A stretch of 64,000 bases of DNA. It comes from Patescibacteria group bacterium UBA3531 (GTDB taxonomy: Bacteria > Patescibacteriota > Minisyncoccia > Phycocordibacterales > UBA3531). Location of the stretch: assembly GCA_002376885.1 (NCBI GenBank), contig DFOW01000004.1, positions 1,018-65,017 on the forward strand. Direction: 5' to 3'. Positions 57,463-64,000 of this stretch are shown in pieces (positions within the stretch are counted from its first letter, which is position 1; each line of letters opens with the position of its first letter). Below the pieces are notes generated by a model. It made no database searches. It was not told the DNA's origin and worked only from the letters and a program-made list of their open reading frames with translations. The translations under genes were made by a program, and so were the position numbers.

Positions 57463-60400
57463 TTAGATTTCTCCACCTCCTGTTACTGCACAATCTAGAG
57501 GGCACACCAATGGGTTCTCTCCAGAAAAGGCCTCACAGATGCCATTACCACAATTGTTTTCATCCCCACCCGTTGGGTCATAACATCCATTCCCCACAGG
57601 ATCAGAGAGACATGCTTCGAGTTCAGGTCCTGGCGGTTCATTATATCCATCAATCCAACATCCCGGATCATTTTCATCAATAAGGCCATCATTGTCATTA
57701 TCGCTTGTATCATCACATACATCACCAAGAGGAGGGTCAATAATCACAATGTCACAATTTGCAGTGTCAACTGAAGATGTAACGTTATCAGTAACTCGAA
57801 ATACAGAAGACCTAAGACCAGTTGTGGGGTACGTTACCCCCGCAATGTCCTCTGTCACGCCGCTCGCATCTCCTGTCCATAAATACGAGAAGTCTCCTGA
57901 TCCCCCAAAAACACTCCCATCCCATGTTACTGGTTGGTTAACTTCTTGCTCAACAAGAGGCACTGCGTTACAAGACACAACAAGTGGAGGAAAAGCAGGG
58001 GGGCCAACAGTAAAAGCTGTAGAAAGACAATTACTGAGCGGGTCTTCATTTTCTTCAACAATGTCATTCTCAGAATCTGCACATAATCGAAGACGATGAT
58101 CCCCCTCTATAGCAGTCCAACCAGAAGAAACAACACTCTCAGTATTCCCGGAAAGAAGTGATGAGATGTCGCCTCCAGAAAGGGTTACATCGTATGAACC
58201 ATTGTCATCTAGATCAATACTGAATTCGTTGGAAAAGGCACCAACATCTTCTGTACCAACATTCTCGATCACTCCTGAAAGTGTTATGACTTCACCCTCC
58301 GAGACATCAGTTGGTTCGGTAAGACTCTCCACCGAAAGATCTGTTATTGGTGCAAAAGCTACCGTTGAATCGTAATAAAATGACCGAAGCCTAAAACCAT
58401 TATCTTCATCCCCTCCTGCACCCTGAACCCGGCACTCCAATGTGTTTAAACCAGTAAATGAAATGTTTGGTGTACTCCATACGCGAGGAAGAAGAACCCC
58501 ACAGGCATTCATATTAAACTGGTCAAATTCATTGACACCATTAATAAAACACTGAACGCGCTCCCCACCTCTTACTTCAAAACCTGCTCGGAGCGTCATT
58601 TCTGGTGGAACTGCCTGGAACTGAAGATACACCTGATCTTTCCAACTGTCACCGTCGGGACAACCGCTTGTTGGTCCTGTGACACACGCAACCGTACCAG
58701 GCCCGGCATTGTCATAACACACTTCACACACTCCTCCTGCATTTATAACCTCCTCAGCGTTACTTATAGAGCATTGTGAATTGTCCCCCCCCTCTGTTGG
58801 ATCAGCTTGTGTCAAGTCAATAACAGGAAACGTTCTTTTTACCTCCCTAAAAGAAATATTATCCACATATAACTTTAATGAATGATATTCCGCAGGGCCC
58901 AAATTTGGTTCTGGCCCTGGGAATGCCGGGCTATGAGTGCTGTCCGGATAATTAAGACAGAAAAAAATACTATCACACAACCTTGTTAGAACATTTTCTG
59001 GACCACCGTGCATTCCTTCGAATTCAAAGTAGAGTCGCGCATTTTCATAGGGAGGAAGATCAGAAAATCCCGCAATCATGCCTGTTCTCGGCGTCTCAAA
59101 CCAAATACCAAACTCACCCAAAGGATTAGAACAAATGTTTGGGTCAGATGGAGTAACATCTCCATCGAGAATTGGCTTACAGTCTTCGTAGTAATCATAG
59201 GAAAGAGATTCCAAATCTATCCTATTATTTCCGTTCTCGTCTGTAATGTACCATTGCCATCCAAATGATTCGTATGAACCTAAGATGGCACGCGGAATAG
59301 AACCATCCGGTGTTAGACCTATAGCAACAGATTCATAGGCATTAAAAACATAGGACCCTGACTGAAACCCCGGAGGAGATATAGTTAAGCCAAATGACAG
59401 TAAGTCACCCGTCTCATCTTCAACAAGACGCTCAAAAACCCCTTCCTGATCTGGTGCCCTCGTTAAAGCTCCAATCCCCGAAAAAAATACGTCATCTCCT
59501 ATGCGTTCAGTAATCACAATATCTGGATCATTCTCGTCAAGGATATATTCAAGAGCATCGGCAGAAGATGGAACAAAAATGGAAATTCCTACCACCGTCA
59601 ACAAAAACATAGAAGTCATAATGCTCTTTTTGTTTTTTTTCATAAAAAAACCTATTACAATAATAACCAAAATAATGACCCCAACAATAAGTATGACAAT
59701 TTTGTTGTCCTGGCGGAAATCAATACCCGAGGAAGGTGTGTCTGCTTTAAGAATAAACACCTCCTCAAAAGAATCGAGCACTTCTCCATCACTTTTTGCC
59801 TCTACCGACAATACTAAACGCTCTACGTCTCGCAAAGAAGAAGACAACGGTATCTGTATATCATAAACAGAATTTTGACCACTAACTGTAATTGTAGATT
59901 CTCCTAAGATTTTTTCTTTATCAGCTTCTTTTACCACCACAGAAATCTCTCCGTTGAACTCACTAGAATCTATCAAAATCTTTGATTCCAAAATTCCTTC
60001 TATTTCTTCATTAAAATCAATTCCCTTTACGTTAACAAACGCACCACGAATCAAAAGAGAGGTATTTAAAACATCAGAAACTCTCTCACCTTTTTCATTT
60101 TCAAACGAAACCATTAACTTATACAATCCTGGAGTGTTGGGTGCAATAAACGATGCTTCGAGTGTTTTGTTCTCTTGTGGCTCTACTGTATTTGCATTAC
60201 TGGTTGTTTCAAGGTCAAATACCTCTCCTGTCCTTGTGTCGCGAACAGAGAAGACCGGTAGTACTGAAAATGACTGAGACGCCCCCTCAACAACAATATC
60301 AACTGAATGCTCTTCAGCCGGCTCAAAAGCATATATATCTAAAAATCTAGGTGTAACACCAACGAGAGGAAGATAAAATGGCACAGAATTCTCTTTATAT

Positions 60401-60885
60401 CGCACGTCTTGTATAGCAATAACAGGGTTTTCTTGTGCTTCTTCTGTATTTCCAAAGGTAACCCTCTCAGGAAAAGTACTAATGATGTCTAACCCATCTG
60501 AAGAAGAAAAGAAGAGCTTAACGTAATACTCTCCAGGCCCAATAGTATTTGGCATTATATGAGAGAACGTAACCAACGTCCTCTCACCAGGAAGAATGGT
60601 TTGTGAACCTTGAATCGACTCGTATGAAAGTGCTTTTCGAGGATTCTCTGAAAGAGCATCTTCTTGCGAGCCAAAGATTCCCACATCATAAAAAATTTCA
60701 ATACTTTTTTCTGCTTTTTTGTTCCCTACAACCGCTCTTCCTTCAATAGAATTTTCTGTTTGTTTTGTAATAGATACATTTTCAACTGAAAGAGAAGGGA
60801 GAAACTGAGCTAACGCTGGAGTAGCCACAAATAAAAACGGTGCCATAAAAAGGCCGCCAAAATAGAACCAATAAAAACCTTTCAT
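57463..60885 (-). CDS. Large surface protein: Ig-like domains, internal TM plus signal-like segment, CARDB/PKD-like and Cys-rich regions
   Basis: Signal ALA; DLSVESL...IENVG...ADSENDIVEENE (CARDB-like); CDDTSDNDNDGLIDENDPGC; CGNGICE. Confidence 0.8.
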   Translation of the reverse strand: MKGFYWFYFGGLFMAPFLFVATPALAQFLPSLSVENVSITKQTENSIEGRAVVGNKKAEKSIEIFYDVGIFGSQEDALSENPRKALSYESIQGSQTILPGERTLVTFSHIMPNTIGPGEYYVKLFFSSSDGLDIISTFPERVTFGNTEEAQENPVIAIQDVRYKENSVPFYLPLVGVTPRFLDIYAFEPAEEHSVDIVVEGASQSFSVLPVFSVRDTRTGEVFDLETTSNANTVEPQENKTLEASFIAPNTPGLYKLMVSFENEKGERVSDVLNTSLLIRGAFVNVKGIDFNEEIEGILESKILIDSSEFNGEISVVVKEADKEKILGESTITVSGQNSVYDIQIPLSSSLRDVERLVLSVEAKSDGEVLDSFEEVFILKADTPSSGIDFRQDNKIVILIVGVIILVIIVIGFFMKKNKKSIMTSMFLLTVVGISIFVPSSADALEYILDENDPDIVITERIGDDVFFSGIGALTRAPDQEGVFERLVEDETGDLLSFGLTISPPGFQSGSYVFNAYESVAIGLTPDGSIPRAILGSYESFGWQWYITDENGNNRIDLESLSYDYYEDCKPILDGDVTPSDPNICSNPLGEFGIWFETPRTGMIAGFSDLPPYENARLYFEFEGMHGGPENVLTRLCDSIFFCLNYPDSTHSPAFPGPEPNLGPAEYHSLKLYVDNISFREVKRTFPVIDLTQADPTEGGDNSQCSISNAEEVINAGGVCEVCYDNAGPGTVACVTGPTSGCPDGDSWKDQVYLQFQAVPPEMTLRAGFEVRGGERVQCFINGVNEFDQFNMNACGVLLPRVWSTPNISFTGLNTLECRVQGAGGDEDNGFRLRSFYYDSTVAFAPITDLSVESLTEPTDVSEGEVITLSGVIENVGTEDVGAFSNEFSIDLDDNGSYDVTLSGGDISSLLSGNTESVVSSGWTAIEGDHRLRLCADSENDIVEENEDPLSNCLSTAFTVGPPAFPPLVVSCNAVPLVEQEVNQPVTWDGSVFGGSGDFSYLWTGDASGVTEDIAGVTYPTTGLRSSVFRVTDNVTSSVDTANCDIVIIDPPLGDVCDDTSDNDNDGLIDENDPGCWIDGYNEPPGPELEACLSDPVGNGCYDPTGGDENNCGNGICEAFSGENPLVCPLDCAVTGGGEI

Positions 60886-60947
60886 TACTTTAAGTGTATA
60901 TGTATATGGACTTTTAAAAAAGGAAGTCTATCCACACACCACAACAA

Positions 60948-61916
60948 TTAAGGTGTTTTATTTTTTTCCACTTTGTTGGCCTCTTCGTTAAGTGTATCTA
61001 CTACTTGATCAAGATCCCCTCCCAAGATTCCTTCTATGTCGTGCCAGCTTTTTTTAATTCGGTGATCGGTGATCCTATTTTGCGGATAATTGTAAGTTCT
61101 GATTTTTTCGCTTCTGTCCCCTGTTCCGATTTGTGACTTTCTGTCTCCTCCTTCTTCTTTGGAACGACGTTCATCTTCAATCTCTTGAAGTTTTGCCGTT
61201 AAAATCTCCATCGCTTTTTCTCGGTTTCGTAACTGCTTTCGTTCACTTTGGCTCCGCACCACAATCCCTGTTGGTTTGTGGGTAATACGAACCGCTGTCT
61301 CCACCTTATTAACATTTTGACCACCGGCTCCTCCACTCCTTGAAAATTCTACTTCAATATCAGACTCCTTGATCTCTACAGTCGTCTGGGGTCTGATTGG
61401 AAGTACCGCAACCGACGCTGTTGAAGTATGGATACGCCCTTGTTTTTCAGTCGCTGGAATTCGTTGTACACGGTGTACGCCTGACTCATACTGAAGGGCT
61501 TCATATACTCCACGTCCTAAAATAGAAATTGAAACTTCTTTATATCCACCAAGTTCGCTTTTTGATTCATCAGTGATAATAAAATCCCACTTTTTTCGTT
61601 CGGCATATTTTTGATACATTTCCATTAAATTGAGTGCAAAAATACTTGCCTCTTCTCCACCAGCACCTGCTCTAATTTCCATAATAATCTCCTTGGGGGA
61701 CGCGACTTCTTTTTTGTCTTTCTCGATGATAGCCTGCATTTGCCCCATAAGTTCTGACCTATTTTTTTCAATATCTTTTGCTTCTTCTTCTGCGGCTTCT
61801 TTCATTTCGGGATCACCAAAAAGCTCCTCAGCCTCTTTCAACTTGTCTGTTAGCCTTTCATACTCCTGGTAAAGATAGGTAGTTTTTGGATTGTCTTTAA
61901 AATCTTCTGGATTCAT
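60948..61916 (-). CDS. prfA: Peptide chain release factor 1
   Basis: [13 protein letters not shown] (PxT motif), [19 protein letters not shown]. Confidence 0.95.
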   Translation of the reverse strand: MNPEDFKDNPKTTYLYQEYERLTDKLKEAEELFGDPEMKEAAEEEAKDIEKNRSELMGQMQAIIEKDKKEVASPKEIIMEIRAGAGGEEASIFALNLMEMYQKYAERKKWDFIITDESKSELGGYKEVSISILGRGVYEALQYESGVHRVQRIPATEKQGRIHTSTASVAVLPIRPQTTVEIKESDIEVEFSRSGGAGGQNVNKVETAVRITHKPTGIVVRSQSERKQLRNREKAMEILTAKLQEIEDERRSKEEGGDRKSQIGTGDRSEKIRTYNYPQNRITDHRIKKSWHDIEGILGGDLDQVVDTLNEEANKVEKNKTP

Positions 61917-62020
61917 CCCGTACGAAATTGTTACTCTTAATCTATCCCTTGCTAGAAATTATATATCCCTTCGACCTAGACATCTGTAGCTATTACGTCT
62001 CCTGCTGAATTTCTGACGGG
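61917..62020 (-). repeat. Inverted-repeat element A5 abutting the prfA start codon
   Basis: CCCGTACGAAATT...AATTTCTGACGGG. Confidence 0.75.
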
Positions 62021-62077
62021 ATAAATAATCAATAAAAAAAAGCCCAGGCCTAATTCAAGGTTTGGACTCTTTCCTAG

Positions 62078-62428
62078 TTACTTCTTTTCTTTCTTGCTTG
62101 CCCCTTCGAAATCTTTTGATTTCGTGTCGGAGTTGGTTCCTCCGGCTTTTCTAACCTTTTCTTTTTTTGCCTTAGGAGTACCTGCTTTTGCCATTCGAGT
62201 CTTGAACTTCTCTACTCGCCCCGCTGTATCTACCACAGTCTCTTTCCCGGTGTAAAAGGGGTGTGATGCGCTTGAGATTTCTACTCTAAAGAGGGGGTAT
62301 TCTTTGCCGTCAGTCCATTTATCAGTTTCTTCAGTCTCTACGGTTGAGGCAATCAAAAACTTCTCGCCACTGGTATTGTCGAAAAAAATAACTGGTCGGT
62401 AGTTTTCTGGGTGAATTTCCTTTTTCAT
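62078..62428 (-). CDS. rpmE2: 50S ribosomal protein L31, type B
   Basis: [15 protein letters not shown]...[10 protein letters not shown]...GRVEKF; no Cys. Confidence 0.93.
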   Translation of the reverse strand: MKKEIHPENYRPVIFFDNTSGEKFLIASTVETEETDKWTDGKEYPLFRVEISSASHPFYTGKETVVDTAGRVEKFKTRMAKAGTPKAKKEKVRKAGGTNSDTKSKDFEGASKKEKK

Positions 62429-62585
62429 TACCCAGAGACTATATACAAATACGTCCCTAAAATCAAGGTTTTTAGGCCAAAACACCCCCTATACTTGACA
62501 AATATATACAAATATGCTATTATAAGGGTAGAAACATAGGGAAAGGCATTGTGCCTCCCCTACTGCTCACCACAAGGAGAACATC

Positions 62586-62828
62586 GTGCACTACGAAACG
62601 TTCGTTCGCGACCTGAAGACCAACGAGCTCAACATCGCCGGGCTCATCTTCACTAGCGTGCTCTTCGTGACCTTCGGCCTGATCTACTGCTCCGGCGGCG
62701 CCGCCTTCCTGCCCATCATCATGTTCGGCGCACTGGCGGCCACGATCGCCCTCGGCGAGCTCCGCTACAACAAGAAGCTCCACGAGAAGTGGTTCAAGCA
62801 CGCCAACGAGGGCACGATCTGGACCTGA
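62586..62828 (+). CDS. GC-rich cassette protein with 2 TM helices
   Basis: Promoter TTGACA-17-TATTAT (62495-62523), SD AAGGAG, GTG start; 76 of 80 codons end in G/C (hand count). Confidence 0.75.
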   Translation: MHYETFVRDLKTNELNIAGLIFTSVLFVTFGLIYCSGGAAFLPIIMFGALAATIALGELRYNKKLHEKWFKHANEGTIWT

Positions 62829-62852
62829 TCACACCTGACAGGAGATGAGACC

Positions 62853-63014
62853 ATGGAGACGTTCGTTGACCTCTGGTCGTCCTACGCCATCTGCTACGCT
62901 ATCGGGTTCATGCTCTTGGTTCGCCCGAAGCTTCCGGCAGGTAGCGTCTGGATCAAGGTGTTCTACGGATCGCTTCTGGTCTTCTCAACCGTCGCGTTCC
63001 TACACCAGACCTAA
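62853..63014 (+). CDS. GC-rich cassette protein with 2 TM helices, 53 aa
   Basis: SD AGGAG; METFVDLWSSYAICYAIGFMLLVRPKLPAGSVWIKVFYGSLLVFSTVAFLHQT; terminator AAGCCACTT/AAGTGGCTT follows. Not in the ORF track. Confidence 0.65.
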   Translation: METFVDLWSSYAICYAIGFMLLVRPKLPAGSVWIKVFYGSLLVFSTVAFLHQT

Positions 63015-63126
63015 GCATGTCTTAAGAACTGCCCAAAGCCACTTCACTCGAAGTGGCTTTCTTCATTTTTCATATCTTTCCAAGAAACCATATTTGAGAG
63101 CGTCTGCCCAAATGTGGTTTCTTAAA

Positions 63127-63600
63127 TTAAGATCTGATTTTTAAAAGTGCCTCAAAAAATCCTTGACCCCAAGCGAGAACTTTACCTTTGGGAGCCACCA
63201 AGGCTTCTGCCTTTTTCTTAAATTTTGTATATTCTTCTAATGCTTCTTCCTCGATATCTTCCCAGACATCACCTATCACGCAATCAAATTTTCTCTTGGA
63301 GTTGTATTCATAAAAATCTCCTATCTGTACATCTCCATGGACAAAACCATCTCTTTTTTTCAACTCTTCAATAAGATCTCCAAGCTTTTCTATCGTAAGA
63401 ACAGATGTCACTTTTTTGTTTTCTAATAGATACCCCTGAACCGCCCCAAGGCCATAACCAGCAACTAAAACATCCCCGTATGCTTGGTCAGCGATCTTTT
63501 TTTGAGCACGACGTTCGACAGGAATATCCCACATCCATAAATAGTCATCTATCCACAGAAATCGATGTCCTTTTTGTTCTAGAATCTCTATTTTCGGCAC
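63127..63600 (-). CDS. Class I SAM-dependent methyltransferase-like (spermidine-synthase-like) protein
   Basis: DVLVAGYGLG, TIEK, GDFY, FDCVIGDVW. Confidence 0.7.
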   Translation of the reverse strand: MPKIEILEQKGHRFLWIDDYLWMWDIPVERRAQKKIADQAYGDVLVAGYGLGAVQGYLLENKKVTSVLTIEKLGDLIEELKKRDGFVHGDVQIGDFYEYNSKRKFDCVIGDVWEDIEEEALEEYTKFKKKAEALVAPKGKVLAWGQGFFEALLKIRS

Positions 63601-63609
63601 AAATTCTTT

Positions 63610-63999
63610 TTAATTCCCTTCCAAAATATCAATCTGCTTTTGATATTTAGACGCGAGACCCATTACGTCATCTCCGTAAAATCCATAGGCTGGGTTTGTA
63701 GCATTTGTCCATCCGGCAAAGTAACGGAGGGCTGCCAATCGCTCTGCATCATAACCACCCTCATCGGCACCATTTTCTGACAAGAGAAGAGAGCTTGCCA
63801 TAATTGCATCTTGCGGTGTCCATGGATTTGCAGGGCTTGCCTTACCCAAAAGCCGTCTGATTCTGTCTTCGCCTGCTTCATATTGCCATGGCCCTTGCCA
63901 ATAGTCGGTCCATGCCAGACTCCTTTGTGCATTATTGCAATCCCCTGTTTTTGTATTTATAAATCCTCCATAACATACCCAGGTTGATGGAATAAACTG
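63610..63999 (-). CDS. Lytic transglycosylase, C-terminal part (start lies beyond the window)
   Basis: Frame is open to the window edge: QFIPSTW...NPWTPQDAIMASSLLL...AALRYFAG. Confidence 0.82.
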   Translation of the reverse strand, partial: QFIPSTWVCYGGFINTKTGDCNNAQRSLAWTDYWQGPWQYEAGEDRIRRLLGKASPANPWTPQDAIMASSLLLSENGADEGGYDAERLAALRYFAGWTNATNPAYGFYGDDVMGLASKYQKQIDILEGN

Positions 64000-64000
64000 T

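Noticed and set aside
62845-63144. 99-aa ORF from the track
   Set aside because: It runs through the terminator. The alternative frame 62853-63014 has cassette-like codons, SD spacing and two TM helices.
1-64000. CRISPR array or rRNA
   Set aside because: No regularly spaced direct repeats with unique spacers and no rRNA-like sequence; the repeats found are dispersed hairpins.
1-64000. UGA reassignment (code 25)
   Set aside because: Core genes are intact under code 11, and TGA ends genes such as tag (4717) and bcp (7086).

Overview
AT-rich bacterial chromosome segment whose gene content points to a Patescibacteria/CPR (Parcubacteria-like) genome; this taxonomy is inferred. Core genes include rpoBC-dnaG-rpoD, rpsP-khpA-trmD, rpmF-nusB-rnc-smc, dnaE-thrS, gyrB, rpsB-tsf, rpmE2-prfA, glyQS, a mitochondrial-style single-chain PheRS and a DUF3179-TlpA-CcdA redox operon. 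The ORF track misses a serine recombinase at the left edge, a tRNA-Asn split by a group I intron, three other tRNA genes and several small ORFs. Five things stand out. (1) There are two expression regimes: many host genes look leaderless with no SD, while about 8 scattered GC-rich mini-cassettes mostly carry consensus sigma70 promoters, SD sequences and terminators. (2) Two promoter-driven tRNAs have acceptor stems that contradict their anticodons. (3) A family of inverted-repeat elements ends exactly at the ATG of glyQS, rpoD, tsf, prfA and the DUF3179 gene. (4) A family of multi-stem intergenic repeats shows covarying helices. (5) A LAGLIDADG / tRNA-Thr / macrodomain / ADP-ribosyltransferase-like module is fused around a tRNA. 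All calls are by eye; no searches were run.
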